Below are positions 36,644-50,531 of a stretch of DNA of 64,000 nt, piece by piece. This stretch comes from Leucoraja ocellata. Lineage: Eukaryota. Below the pieces are notes generated by a model that ran no database searches, was not told where the DNA came from, and saw only the letters and a list, made by a program, of their open reading frames with translations. The stretch lies in contig JAWMAR010000202.1 in assembly GCA_036785375.1 (NCBI GenBank), positions 372,001-436,000 on the forward strand, written 5' to 3'. The translations under genes were made by a program, and so were the position numbers. Every line of letters starts with the position of its first letter. Position 1 is the first letter of the stretch.

Positions 36644-36714
36644 CTGAGCCTTGTCTTTCCTTGCCTTCACTTCTTATTGTGATCCAACTTTTATGCCATA
36701 TTAAACGTGTTAAA

Positions 36715-36980
36715 TGGAGAGTTGCTGTCTTACAGTGTCAGAGACCCAGGTTCAATCCTGACTACGGGAGTTTGTACATTCTCCCCGTGACCTGCGTGGG
36801 TTTTCTCCGGGTGCTCCGGTTTCCACCCACACTCCAAAGATGTACAGGTTTGTAGGTTAATTGGCTTGGTAAATTTACAAATTGTCCCCTAGTGTGTGTG
36901 GTGGGCCAGGATCGCTGGCGAGGACTCGGTGGGCCGAAGGGCCTGTTTCCATGCTGTATCTCTAAACTAAACTAAATTAA
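36715..36980 (+). mobile_element. V-SINE (HE1-like)
   Basis: B-box ggttcaatcc, core ttctccccgtgacctgcgtgggttttctccgggtgctccggtttcc, CR1 tail. Confidence 0.88.
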
Positions 36981-38479
36981 AGAAGAAAAACGAGGGAAAT
37001 AGATTAATTTCAACCCGAGAAGAACATGAGGGTATTAACAACAAAAATGTTTCAATGAGCATCCTAAATGAAAGATAATATAATTTCCTATTTTAGGCTA
37101 ATGTACAGTGCAATAATATCTGGAATGTGACATGCTTAGGTAGGATGGGAAGCTTCTTCAGATATCGTCAGTTAAGAAAAACAGTTGGATAGGAAAACAC
37201 AAATGCAATAAATCAATGTTGTAGATTGTGTCATTGTCAAACGAAGCCAGTCTCCTCGCGGGATAGATATTGACTGTATTTGCGTAGGAAGGTTAACAGA
37301 GGCAGCACCAAGATTGTGGAGGCCAGTGGAAGGGCTTTGAAGATAACACAAATTTACAGATGTCAGTAGGAGCTTATTACAACAAACCCTAGCAAGCTGC
37401 GCACCAGCAGAATTAGTTAACAATTATTTTTAGACATTTTCTGACACATAACCTGCTGTTGCAGGTTACTGTGCTGGAGGGACCTGAATTGCCACATTAC
37501 ATTCCCGCCCTTTGGTGATTAATGATAGCGGCTGCTTGACATGAGGGTTTGTACATCGTACAGGGCTCCAATTTTTATCAAACTGAGGAGAGATATTCAC
37601 TGGACTTAAATAACTCATTTGATAAGCCGGTTGCTGTGATATTGACCAAAGATCCAACAGTTCATGTCTATAAAGATAACAATTATTTGATTGAGCCTCC
37701 ATGGCAAACGTTCCATCAATCGGTTCCAAAACTGTCAGCTGCCTTCTGCGGCAAATAGAATGCATTAAATGTTTGGATTCTAATCGAACAATGGATTATA
37801 GTCTTTATGGGCAGTACATCAAAGGTGGGTTGTGACTTTACCACTTCACGTGAAAACCTGGCAGGCAACTTGAAATAAAACGATTTATTGGAATAACACG
37901 CACTATGCGCATAGAGAGATGATGAGTTTTTGCTGCAGAAAAGCTCCATGAGCCATGAAATGTGCACATTGGAAATGTTGTACCAATCGTTTTTTTAGAA
38001 CCTAATTATAACTGATGGCTAAATTTCTGAATGATTGTTAAGGTCCATAATGAGCTATAAAACATATCTTACAGACTACAACCCTCCCAGCACAGTGAGG
38101 TTATAAATATGTGCAATTTAGCTCATTGCAATTGACATTTTATTTACAAAGTGCTTTGTTCTAAATCCCTTTGCTTGCCACAGAATAGTGAATTAATTGG
38201 ACCAGATTTGGGCCATCTCCCAAACTGTCATTCTAAAATTTTCCACAGTTTTAGTTCCCAAGATGTATGTTTTAACATCATTGCAAATAATGGCATAGAA
38301 CATAGCACCAACATGAATCCCAGAATGTCGTACTGGCCACTAGGTTTAAAGATGTGTCTTCGCCAAAGAAAGGTACAGAAAAAAGCTTTTTCAGAAGAAT
38401 ACATAGAATTGTAACTTTCACATCATCTACTACAGGAAAAATAAAAGCTCAGAAATTTGAAGGAAGGCCTTTGAGGGCA

Positions 38480-38830
38480 TGTCATAGAATAACACAGCGT
38501 AGAAACCGGCCCTTCAGCCCAACATGCCCACGCCAACCAACGTACTTCATCTACACTCATCCCACCTGCCTGTGTTTGACCCATTTCCTTCTAAACCTGT
38601 CCTACCCATGTATTTGTCCAAATGTTGTTTAAACATTGTGATAGTACCTGCCTCATCCACCTCCTCTGGCTGCTCGTTCCATATAACCACCACTCTTTCT
38701 GTAAAAAAAGCTAACCCTCAGGTTCCTATTCAATCTTTCCCCTCTCCCTTTAATCCCGGTCCTGCAGTTCTTCATTCTCCTTCCCTGGGTAAATTGACTA
38801 TTTAACCTGTCTATTCGTCTTGTGATTTTA
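38480..38830 (-). mobile_element. CR1 3' fragment
   Basis: Homologous to 7490-7830. Confidence 0.75.
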
Positions 38831-40329
38831 ATGAGAAAAAAGCAGTTGCTGGACATACTCAGATTAAGGAACTTAGAACACAAGAGAAAACTACTTTCTT
38901 ATTTCAATGTATATGGTCAGAACTATTCAATACCGATCGTTACTCTGAGAACCCCATGTCCTCTGCTTCTCAATTCCCCTGCTCTGGGTAAAAGCCTGCC
39001 TATTCCTGTCTATTCCACCAAAACAGAACATTTAGCTTCCCTGAAAAATGTAGCCAATGTCTCTGGCAACAGAAGCATTGGATGTTATGCATGCATCCAG
39101 CTCCATGAGCAGAACAAGGGGAAAATCCCTGCTGGAAATGAGATTGCATAGTGGCAAGTTTCTGTGATCCAAATACAATTTAAAAAAATAACCCTTGATT
39201 GCAACAACAGACAAAATGCTGGAAGATCTCAGTGGGTCGAGCAGCATCTGTGAGTGGAAAGGAATGGTCCATGTTTCAGGTCAAAAACGTCGACTGTTCC
39301 TTTTCTCCCACAGATGCTGCTCTACCCATTCACCTCCTCAATCAATCTCTTATTGCAGTCTGCTGTGGCACCTTTATTGTAAATTATAGACCATGCCTGT
39401 GGCACGAAATATCATTTTGATTCCAAGTCCAAAATTCACCTAATAACACTGACAGGCGTTGAACATCCATAAACTCCCATGAAATCATATGCGCACAAGG
39501 GTGGCATTGTGCCCTCACATGCATAACCCATGCCATGTGTGGCTCATAAAGAAGCTGATTTTCAAACACTTTTTTCAACCGCACTAAAATAATTCTCCCA
39601 GAGAATGTCCCAAACTGAACTCATATCCCAGTTTGGGTATGTTCTCTTTAAGTTATTTAGTTACCTTCCTCACCTTCAGAGCTCTCACTCTCAAAGCTTG
39701 TGGTCTTCACCTGACCACACTCCCCACTCAATGAATTCCCCAACATACGCAACACGTAATGCTCTGTTAAGCAGTCAAGTCAAGTTGAATTTGCTTTTGT
39801 ATGCACCAGTATGCAGGTCCAAAGAAAAACATGCATGCAGGCAGCATTACAGGCACGTAGACAACACACAAAAACATCAATTACACAGAAATTCTGCAAA
39901 ACAGTGGAAAGAAAAACACAACAAAAATTAAGACAGAACATCAGAGTGCAAAACGCAATCAGAAGGTAGTGCAAAACATGGTCTGTAATGTTTCCACATA
40001 TAGCTCACCTTCAACCAACTGTGTCCATGCTCACCATCAATTCACATTAATTCGATGTTATCCCAATTACTCATCCATCCCCTACACATTAGGGGCATTT
40101 TCTCGTTACAGAGACCAATTAACCAACAACCCGCGCATCTTTGGGATGTGGAAGGAGAGCAGAGCACCCAAAGGAAACCCACGCAGTCCACAGAGAAAAA
40201 GTGCAAACTCTATACAAACAGCACACTTGCTCTGAGAGGCAGCAGCTCTACCAGCTACACCAATGTACACCAGAAACACCGTCTGTTCCATTGCCGAGGT
40301 AGGATTAGAGTTGTGCAGGTTGGGTGAAG

Positions 40330-40760
40330 TACCTGATGGTTGTAGGAAAGTAGCCGTTTTGGAATGATGTGGGACTTCAAGCTTCTGTATCTCCTGCCTG
40401 ATGGTTACAGCGAGAAGAGGGCATAGCCTAGATAGCAGGGATCCTTGATCAATGGTGCCTTCTTGAGGCAGCACCCCATGTAGATGCTTTAGATTAAGAA
40501 ACAAGGAACTGCAGATGCTGGTTAATATGCTGGTTGACACACAAAAGTGCTGGGGTAACAGCAGGTCAGATGCCATCTCTGGATAACATGATCCAGACCC
40601 TTCTTCAGGCTGAAGAAGACTCTCAACCATAAACATCACCTATCATGCTCTCCAGAGATGATATCTGGCCTGCTGAGTTACTCCAGCACTTTGTGTCCTT
40701 TTGTGTATCAACCAACATATTAACCAGCACATGGTAGTAGGGCTGTGCCTTTGATAGTCA
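40330..40760 (-). mobile_element. Degenerate Rex1/Babar fragment interrupted by a Penelope fold-back element (about 40498-40730)
   Basis: Minus strand gives IDQGSLLSRLCPLLAVTIRQEIQKL, a frameshifted equivalent of the region at 61124-61260. The insert has inverted gacacacaaaagtgctgg / ccagcactttgtgtc arms. Confidence 0.6.
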
Positions 40761-40979
40761 TTCCCTTCTGCTTGACCAATGTGGTGGGATCCCTGACACC
40801 CATCCCAATTAATGATCACATACTGCAAGCTGGTGACCCTCAAGGCTTACCAACAATTACACCCCTTGATTCTACTACCCCCAACTCTAGATGACAGGCC
40901 CATCACCCAACTCATGGCAATGCCATCTCCCATCCAATATTCACACTCTCTTTAACTCCTCCCCCTGCACCAATCCAAA

Positions 40980-41355
40980 CTTACAAAATTCTTAAGGGGT
41001 TGGACAGGCTAGATGCAGGAAGATTGTTCCCGGTGTTGGGGAAGTCCAGAACAAGGGGTCACAGTTTAAGGATAAGGGGGAAATCTTTTAGGACCGAGAT
41101 GGGGAAAACATTTTTCAAACAGAGAGTGGTGAATCTCTGGAATTCTCTGCCACAGAAGGTAGTTGAGGCCAGTTCATTGGCTATATTTAAGAGGGAGCTA
41201 GATGTGGCCCTTGTAGCTAAAGGGATCAGGGGATATGGAGAGAAGGCAGGTACAGGATACTGAGTTGGATGATCAGCCATGATCATATTGAATGACGGTG
41301 CAGGCTCGTAGGGCCCAATGGCCTACTCCTGCACCTATTTTCTATGTTTCTATGG
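40980..41355 (+). mobile_element. CR1 LINE 3' end
   Basis: LDRLDAGRLFPVLGKSRTRGHSLRIRG...FFKQRVVNLWNSLPQKVVEA, followed by the (tttctatg)n tail. Near-identical to the insert at 27268-27487. Confidence 0.9.
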
Positions 41356-44300
41356 TTCTATCCCTGACAACTGACTTTAACCCTGATTCTTCTATTGACT
41401 GCCTACTCCATGATTGTGCGTTACACCTCTGGCAATTTCTCCACACTCACACAGCACTGGCCTTACATGATTTCTATGGTGGACTCTGTAATTTCCTGGA
41501 AGCTGACCCACCAATAAACACTTAATCCTTTTATAAACAATGGGAAAAATCAGGTAATGTGGCAGCTTCCACAACTTCAGAATACCCAACATTCACAAAC
41601 AGAGTCTTAGAATCATTTCGCACTGAATCAGGACCTACAGCCCAACTCGTCCATTTGCCCAAATCCCTTGAAACCTTTCCTATCCTTTGAAAAGTTTTGG
41701 TTTTGACAGTTCCAGCTAAGTCAAGTGGTGTGATTCAGCTCACTTTCAAACTGTTTTGCTTTGATAGGACAGGCTTTGGAAACCGCACATGAATGGTCTG
41801 TTTGCAAGACCTCACAGCGAAGGTTCGGAACACATTAGTTGATGTTGTTTGGAAAACTGCACCATGCAACTACTTTTCCTCCATGCCAACGTTGGTCATG
41901 AACACAGATGTCTCTCTGCTGGCCACAAATTCTTCCCAGTCTTTTCAATTCCCCCCCCCCCCCCCCCCCCCCCAACTCTCCCAGTGCCACACAATAATTT
42001 TGCTGCTGTGGTGAGTTTGAGAGAGGCAATGGTAAGGTAGAGCCCTGTCTTATCAGGGCATGTACAGGAGCTATTGCTGTGGTTTCTGCTGTTGCCAAGG
42101 AATGTTGAGGGAGGCAAGATACGTTGATTAGCACCTGATTCGCTTGTGAAGGAAATCTAAAGACTAACAAAGTGCAGAGAACAAGGAAATAGCACTCTTT
42201 CATATGTATCTGTATGAAAAAAAAAATGAAAATGAAATGATTCAATTTATTGTCATTGTCAGTGTACAGTACAGAGACAACGAAATGCATTATTTGCAAA
42301 ATGCATTTACTGTATCTGCATAGATGAGTAAAATAACAAACAGGTTGATCTAGGAGATAACGTTAGCTAACATGTTGTTTAGATTATGGTTTGCAGATGA
42401 CATAATACTCAACCATTGGACAATTTAACTCTCAAATACTAAGCAATTCTCTCCAGAAGTAGTTGTCCCAGTGGTCTAACCTTGGGTTCACTTTAAGTGC
42501 TGAACAAAAGTCTGGAATTAAATTCAAACCATATGTCTTTGATAGAAATACTATAAATTCTCTTTAAATCTGCTGCATAACCGCTTTATTGATCACGTAA
42601 ATACCAACAATGATATCTTCACCTATCAAGTTAGCCTCCAACATTTCTTATTAGATTCAGGTACTGCAATTAAGTCACATATGTGTACAACTAGCCTTAA
42701 TTCAATCTTCAACTGGGTGAAATTATTGATTAAGCATCAAAAAGAAATGTTCTCTTTAATGTGATGTCTATCATTTTGTAAATGGTCGAGCACTAACCAG
42801 CCTTCCTCTGGGGATGTTCCATCATTGGCTACCTTGCTCTTGGGGTACCAGCTTCTAAGTTTCACTCCCCTCTTTGACCCTTGAAAGAAATGTGTCTTTT
42901 TGATGCCTCTGTTCCAACATCTCCTGATGTGGCCAGTGCTAAATTTAGACGGATAGTGCTCCTGTGAAGCACCTTGGGGCCGTTTGTTGATGTTTAAGGC
43001 ATGATATAAATGCAAGCTGCTGTACATATGCTGCGACAGATCCGGGGAGTTTCAGCTTTCATTTCAGTTTGGAGACTTCCGTTTGCACGAAACTCCGCTG
43101 TTACCGGAAACTTCAGTCCACCACATCAGACTAGCCTCCACATCCGTTATACTGTATGTGAAATGAAGTCGAACCTTCGAACATAATAAACTTTTCTTTT
43201 CTGTTTTGACTTGAAATTATCCAAAGATGGCGTTACGTGTGGAAATTAGTCCATTTTGTATCTAATCCAGTTTACCAAAAACATTTACAACTTGGAAAAT
43301 ATAAACTCACGGTGTATCCTGGCTTTTTATACAGCACCCCCAAAGAACTGAGAGAAAAATATTGAATAGAAGACTTGTATTATTGAAAAGAGGAAAAACA
43401 CCAACTTTGCTCAATTTGGGACATCTCAAAGCATGTCAGGGTTTTTTGAAACAATTCTGCAGTGCAGCCACATTGTATTAAAGTGGAATTGTACTCACTG
43501 TGTGCTTGTTGTGACATTTTCGCACAGGAGTAAAGTATTTCTGAAGTCTAATGCCACTCGTAATGGATTGAATCTAATAATATCCAGATACTTTAGCTGG
43601 GCGGTGCAGTGGTGCAGCAGGGAGTGCTGTTGCTGCATGGCTTTTGGGACCCGGCTCGATGCTCAAATGCAGTGTGTGCTTAGTTTGCACGTTCTACCCC
43701 GGATGCTCCAGTTTCCTGCCACATCCCAAAACAAAATGCTTGGTAGTTTAATTGGCTACATCAAATTGTCCCTAATCTAGGTTTGTGGTAAAATAAGCAG
43801 GGTGCCATCTAAGGGCATGTGAGAGGGTAAGTTGCTGGAAAATAGGTAGGGCAACTGGATGTTTGACATTACTCTGAGAGCCAGCATAGAAACAATGAGC
43901 TAAATGGCCCAAGTCATACGAAACCTAAAAAATATATTCATAATGCCAAGTGAGGGATAAATATCAGCCAGAATACCAGGGAGAATTACCTTGTTCTTGT
44001 TCAATATTATGCAATTTTAAATTTCAAAAGCTTCAATATTCAAACTATTCAATTCAATTTTATTTTGCTGCATTATCCTAAAACTTTGATCTTTATGTTT
44101 TTCTTTATTTCTATTTTTTTTTTCTCCCTGGTACTAAAATCATTATCTACAACAAAGTAAGGATAGCTGGCCCTTCTGGGATTACAAATGCAATTCAGAA
44201 TTTAATGAATTCAAGAGGTATGGGCCAAAAAATGAAGCTGTTTTGATTCCGCAACAAGTTATCTTGCTGAAACTCATCGCTACTGCTGAACATCTACCTG

Positions 44301-46184
44301 CTCAGGGCTTCAAAAGGCAGGCAGGCAGGCAGGCCACCAGAGTTGCACTATCTGTTCTTTGCTGACCTACGGACAACATCTGTTTCGCAGTGCCTGTGCA
44401 TAGTTGTGAAGGTTACCACAGCACAAAGCTTTCATGTAACCACATCCTTTCAAGTCATCTCAGCAGGAGACATCGGCTGCATTAGTCCTCAGCACACACA
44501 TGTAGAAGAGAAGCGATTGGCCGTGTTTTCAAAGGCAATGAGATCTCCTTCACACTTCCTGTGTGCAGATTTCACCAAGCAACAGGGTTCACTTCAACAC
44601 AGTCACATATTGCACCCACATAGGCAAGACGTTTCTTCAGATTAATCCCAATATCTTTGTAGTAATGGAAAGGATTGGATTCAATTACATCATAATGCCA
44701 GTGAACATATCCAGGAAACACTATGTCACATTCCATGGCCCTCACATTAATTTATGGAAAAGACAGTTGGTGGAAAACCTTTAATCATCCCTTATCTGTG
44801 GCAATAGGCACAAAGTCCTGGAGCATCACAGTGGGTCATCTCCAGTATAAACTAGCATCTGCAGTTCCTCCCTAAACACGTTATCTGTGGCTACTGAATT
44901 AAACTGAGAAAAACACGGGACATCAGCACTTAAGTCATTTCCTCAAGTACTACCTCGCACTTGACCTATTTCCCTGTGAACACGGTACTTCCCAGAGTTT
45001 GAAGTCCATCCGAATAGGATCTGTCTCATTTCTAATCGGCAAACATAAAAAAAGTCTGTAAAAATGAAAAACATTAAACTGGCCCCAAATATCAGAATAT
45101 CCCTCATTTGCAAGTGACTTAAATAGGCAATGGTTGCCAGAACCGATGTGGATGGTGACATTGTCATGTGAATGTGGTCCTAGGCATGGGGCAATGTAAG
45201 GAATAAACTCCCACCATGGGAGCAACTTTGGCAGCACAACTACAAACTTGTCACCATCAAAAGGAGCAAAGCACAAAGTGCTGGAATAACTCAGCGGGTC
45301 AGACAGCATCAGTAGAGGCAATGGATGGGCGACGATTGGAAGAAAGTGGGGGTATGCTTGGACTTCTTGTGTCGTTTCATGTTCTAATATTCCTTCTTCT
45401 CTCTTGACAATTGCAGTTATGTAGCCTTTTGGGTTTCTCATTGTTCATAACCCTAAGGTAACCTGCCCACTATATGACACACTACACTTACATTCCAACA
45501 CGCTTGTATTACCCTATCATATCCACCCACAAATCAATGGTACCAAATAGAGAATGGCGTTGATCCAGTTAAGGAATCATCAGAGCATTCACTAAAAGTT
45601 TGGTCAAATACTTAGGTAATACTTGATTGCTCGAATTTATTGCGCACACAGCCCTGAACAGAAATATGGGGATAATAATAATATATCATCCCCTCAGGTT
45701 TGAAATTGAGTCCATTTGGAATTGGTGCCTTATCTCTCAAGTGCAAAGGAGCTGAAAGTCACAAAAAATACCACACTTTCAATCAAATGAAAACCTATGG
45801 TTTTAATGTTTTATAAAATGTAAAAAAAAGACAAATTTATTGAACTCAGAGGAATAATCAGACCTTTTGTTGTGCAAGTTATAAATTCCAAAGTTATTTC
45901 TTGTGTTTGTTCTCCAACAATCTGCCCTTTGATTTTCAGTAAACTGACAGACAGTAACCTTTTAGTAATGAGCAATACTCGCTTGTGCAACATAACTTTG
46001 TTGTTAGTAAAGGTGGATTCTTCCTTGATCAAAAGGAAGAGCAATGGAGCATTTAGGGAACAAAATGTTGGCTGCAGAACTGACTCTAACATTGGCATTT
46101 CACCTTGCTGGTCCACGACGAGAAGACCCAGGTACAAGCTCAGATTTCCTGAAAGGTAGGTTTGATGAGACAAATGCAAACAAT

Positions 46185-46453
46185 NNNNNNNNNNNNNNNN
46201 NNNNNNNNNNNNNNNNNNNNNNNNNNNNNNNNNNNNNNNNNNNNNNNNNNNNNNNNNNNNNNNNNNNNNNNNNNNNNNNNNNNNNNNNNNNNNNNNNNNN
46301 NNNNNNNNNNNNNNNNNNNNNNNNNNNNNNNNNNNNNNNNNNNNNNNNNNNNNNNNNNNNNNNNNNNNNNNNNNNNNNNNNNNNNNNNNNNNNNNNNNNN
46401 NNNNNNNNNNNNNNNNNNNNNNNNNNNNNNNNNNNNNNNNNNNNNNNNNNNNN
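46185..46453. other. Assembly gap (269 N)
   Basis: Run of N characters. Confidence 1.
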
Positions 46454-46678
46454 AAAATGTCCCAAGGAGTTTCACAGGAATGATCACAAACAAAACTTGA
46501 CTTGATATTGCGGATATTTAGGCAGATGACTAAAGGTTTGTTTGAACTGTGATTGAACAGGAAAGAGAAGGAGAAAGCTGGTGAGATTTGGGAGGGGGGT
46601 AAGGAATCCCAGCACTTAAGATGTCAGGATGCTGAAGCCCATCAATGATGGAAGATCAAAATGAAGGATAAGCAAGAG

Positions 46679-47760
46679 CAATAGACAATAGGTGCAGGAA
46701 TAGGCCATTCGACCCTTCGAGCCAGCACTGCCATTCAATGTGATCATGGCTGATCATCCCCAATCAGTACCCCGTTCCTGCCTTCTCCCCATATCCTCTG
46801 ACTCCGCTATCTTTAAGAGCCCTATCTAGCTCTCTCTTGAAAGTATACAGAGAACCGGCCTCCACTGCCCTCTGAAGCAGAGAACTCCGCAGACTCACAA
46901 CTCTCTGTGAGAAAAAGTATTCTCCTTATCTCTATTCCAAATGGTTTACCCCTTATTGTTAAAATATGGCTCCTGGTTCTGGACTCCCCCAACATCGAGA
47001 ACATGTTTCCTGCCTCTAGCATGTCCAAACCCTTAATAATCTTATATGTTTCAATAAGATACCTCTCATCCTTCTAAACTCCAGAGTATAATCGCCCAAT
47101 CGCTCTATTCTCTCGGCATATGACAGTCCCGCCATCCCGGGAATTAACCTTGTAAACCTACGCTGCACTCCCTCAATGGCAAGAATGTCCTTCCTCAAAT
47201 TAGGGGACAAAAACTGCACACAATACTCCAGGTGTGGTCTCACTAGGGCCATATACATCTGCAGAAGGACCTCTTTGCTCCTATACTCAACTCCTCTTGT
47301 TATAAAGGCCAACATGCCATTCACTTTCTTTACTGCCTGCTGAACCTGCATGCTTACTTTAATTGACTGATAAACAAGGACCCCCAGATCCCATTGTACT
47401 ACCCCTTTTCCCAACTTGACACCATTTAGATAGTAATCTGCCTTCCTGGTTTTGCTACCAAAGTGGATAATCTCACATTTATCCACATTAAACTGCATCT
47501 GCCATGCATCTGCCCACTAACTCAACCTGTCCAAGTCACCCTGCATTCTCATAGCATCCTCCTCACAGTTCACACTGCCACCCAGCTTTGTGTCATCTGC
47601 AAATTTGCTAATGTTACTTTGAATCCCTTCATCTAAATCATTGATGTATATTGCAAATAGCTGCGGTCCCAGCTTCGAGCATTGTGGTACCCCACTAGTC
47701 ACTGCCTGCCATTCTGAAAGGGACTCGTTAATCATTACTCTTTGTTTCCTGCCAACCACT
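46679..47760 (-). mobile_element. CR1 LINE, 5'-truncated RT plus 3' UTR
   Basis: VTSGVPQCSKLGPQLF...SKFADDTKLGG and MQFNVDKCE...ALVRPHLEYCVQF...EGVQRRFTRLIPG, with stops, frameshifts and a (tctattg)n tail. Confidence 0.93.
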
Positions 47761-47862
47761 TTTCCATCCATGTCAGCAGTCATTCAGTAGACTCATAAAG
47801 GAAATGTAGCCAATAACTTGAGGTCCTAGAAAGATGTGTTACCTACAGAGCCTAAACTAATG

Positions 47863-48175
47863 GGGGCGGCACTGTGGTGCAGCAGCAGAATCGCTGCCTT
47901 ACAGCACTTGTGGCGCCTGAGACCCGGGTTCGATCCCGACTACGGGTGTTGTCTGAATGAAATTTGTACGTTCTCCCCGTGACCGCGTGGGTTTTCTCTG
48001 AGATCTTCGGTTACTTCTCACACTCCACAGTTTTGCAAGTTAATTGGCTTGGTATAAGTGTAAATTGTCCCTAGTGTGTGTGGGAAAGTGTTAATGTGCA
48101 GGGATCGTTGGTCGTTGCAGACTCGGTGGGCCGAAGGGCCTGTTTCCGTGCTGTATCTCTCAACTAAAATAAATT
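47863..48175 (+). mobile_element. V-SINE (HE1-like), full length
   Basis: gggcggcactgtggtgcagc head, B-box gggttcgatccc, V-core, CR1 tail. Confidence 0.9.
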
Positions 48176-49024
48176 AATCACGTCACTCCTTTGAGGACAA
48201 GAGGAAAACTAGAGGGAAAAACTTTGGGAAAACGTAAATGTAAAAGCATTGAATGAGAAAAGCTCTGGCAAGATATACTAAGCCTGCTTCTCCAAAGGCC
48301 CAATAGCATGGTTTCTCCACAATTTCATCTCTTGAAGTAAAACAACAGTTAAATTATAAAATTGATAACATTCCCAAGAGAAAGCTTAATGAAAATCTTG
48401 CTGCTGTTACCCAATGATGATGCTTAGTGACCAGATCAAATACTTCCTCATTTGTTCCAAGAAACAAACGTACACAAAATGAAAACAAATGAGAAACAGA
48501 CAAAAGCAAAAGAAAAATAAAACAGATTTGTATGTTGGGAAGAGAAAAACAAAAACGGAGATGATTTAGGTCAAGGATCTTAAACATCCCAATTAAGTTG
48601 ATTATTTTAAACTGTTTTCAAAGAAAGTATTAACAAGATAGCATGAAATGGATATGTTAAAGCCATCAAAAAGCTGTTTTTGCTCACAACATTCACACCA
48701 TTGATGTGGAGTTAGCACAATTATTTTTATGATGAATTAGAATTGGCAGATTCAGGCTAACTGCATACTTGCTTAATATAATGAAAACATAGTTACAGCA
48801 ACAGCTATAAATTTGATAACTAAAACAATGGTATCCTTTTCTAAATTAAGAATAGACATACCTATAAGTCATCCATAAATATGTTTTGCTATTCAATTAG
48901 ATTACTGCCAATTTTAACCGTTTATTTACCATTTGACTCAAACCCTTGATACTTTTATCAGAAGTTGAACAATCTGTGTCTAAAAGCTTTGTCCCTGTGC
49001 ATTCATGCCATTTTATTTAATTGG

Positions 49025-49300
49025 TTCATAAGTTATAGGAGCAGAAGTAGGCCATTCGGCCCTTCAAGTCTACTCTGCCATTCAATCATGGCTGATCTAT
49101 CTTTCCCTCTCAACTCTTCTCCTGCCTTCTCCCCATAATCCCCGACACCTTTACCAATCAAGAATCTGCCAATCTGCGCATTAAAAATACCCGATGACGG
49201 AATACACAGCCGTCGGTGGCTTTAAATTCCACAGATTCACCACCTCCTGACAAAATAAATTCCTTATCTCCTTTCTAAAGGTTCATTTTTTTATTCTGAG
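49025..49300 (-). mobile_element. CR1 3' UTR fragment
   Basis: ataggagcagaagtaggccattcggccc...ttcaatcatggctgatcta; same family at 61495-61730 and, inverted, at 49630-49760 and 54945-55080. Confidence 0.75.
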
Positions 49301-49827
49301 AAAAAGGCAAAGATTTCCAGGTTTCTCCACTGTTATGTTAAAAGGTGCACCTCAGAGTCCCCCTTGAAATTGTGTGGCTTTAGTTTTAGTCTTTAGTCAG
49401 AGGGTGGTAAATCTGTGGAATTCAAGTCAAGTCAAGTCAGTTTTATTCGTCACGTGCACATAAAGTGCAGTGAAATGAATTTGTCAGCAGCGGTACAATA
49501 AAAAAAGAACACACAATACACAATAAAAATGTAACACAAACATCCACCACAGCATTCATCAATGTGGTGGAAGGCACAAAATTTGGTCAGTCATCCTACA
49601 TTTTCCCCTGTGGTCAAGACCACAACCAAATGGAGAAGGCAGGGGAATGAGGTTAGAAGGGAGAGATAGATCAGCTATGATTGAATGGTGGAGTGACTTG
49701 ATGGGCTGAATAGGTATAATTCTGCTCCCATCACTTATTACCTTATGACATTATGACCCAAACCCACTCATTCAAAATTCCCTATTGAAGGAATTGGTTT
49801 TATTGTGTAATGAATTCCTTACACCCC

Positions 49828-50085
49828 TAGAGACCTGGGTTTGATCCTGACTATGGGTGCTGTCTGTACGGGGTTTGTACGTTCACCCTGTGACCACGTG
49901 GGTTTCATCCAGGATCTCGGTTTCCTCCCACGTTCCAAAGACATACAGGTTTGTGGGTTAATTGGCTTCAGTAAGATTGTAAATTGTCAGTTGTGTGTGT
50001 GGGATAGTGCTAGTGTACAGGGATCGCTGGTTGGCGCGGGGTCGGTGGGTTGTAGGGCCTGTTTCCGCGCTGTAACTCTAAACAG
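49828..50085 (+). mobile_element. V-SINE (HE1-like), 5'-truncated
   Basis: V-core and CR1-like tail. Confidence 0.85.
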
Positions 50086-50531
50086 TCCTAAGCCCATCAT
50101 AAGAGTGTTATCAATCAAAACGTGAATCCAAATTACATTCGCGAGATATGTGGTTAGAAACTGCCCCAATACGAAAGGAGTATTAATAATCCTCCACGCA
50201 TTGCCCATGAGTTTTTTTTTTTAATTTGCTAAAGGATTGTGTTCTTCAAGTTGTACATTCTATAAAAAAAACCTCAAATGAAATTTCACACAGCCACCAG
50301 CACTTAAACTGTCGATCGAAAGTTCGCGTGAAGGATTCTTCATCTCAAGCAGCACAGCTGCAAGCAGCTTTGTTATTAAACAGCAGAGAGAGACTGGGGG
50401 AGAAGGGAGGCGAGGGAAGGGGGTGAGCATCCTGCTTCACGGACAGAGAACACTGTATCTTCTTGTAGGTGAACCACAGGAAGAGGTCTAGGATGCAGGA
50501 TGGGGCAACAGCCAAGTATGCCTGACCCAAT

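Noticed and set aside
44950-45441. Minus-strand ORF containing LLPWWEF as the missing upstream LMF1 exon
   Set aside because: No surrounding TQP/PNP or NHFIE similarity, and it overlaps a Penelope repeat fragment.
46044-46505. ORFs of 112-153 aa
   Set aside because: Artefacts of translating through the N gap.
47863-47940. tRNA-like sequences with A and B boxes (also at 14525, 62153 and others)
   Set aside because: These are the Pol III heads of V-SINEs, always followed by the V-core and CR1 tail; no intact cloverleaf.
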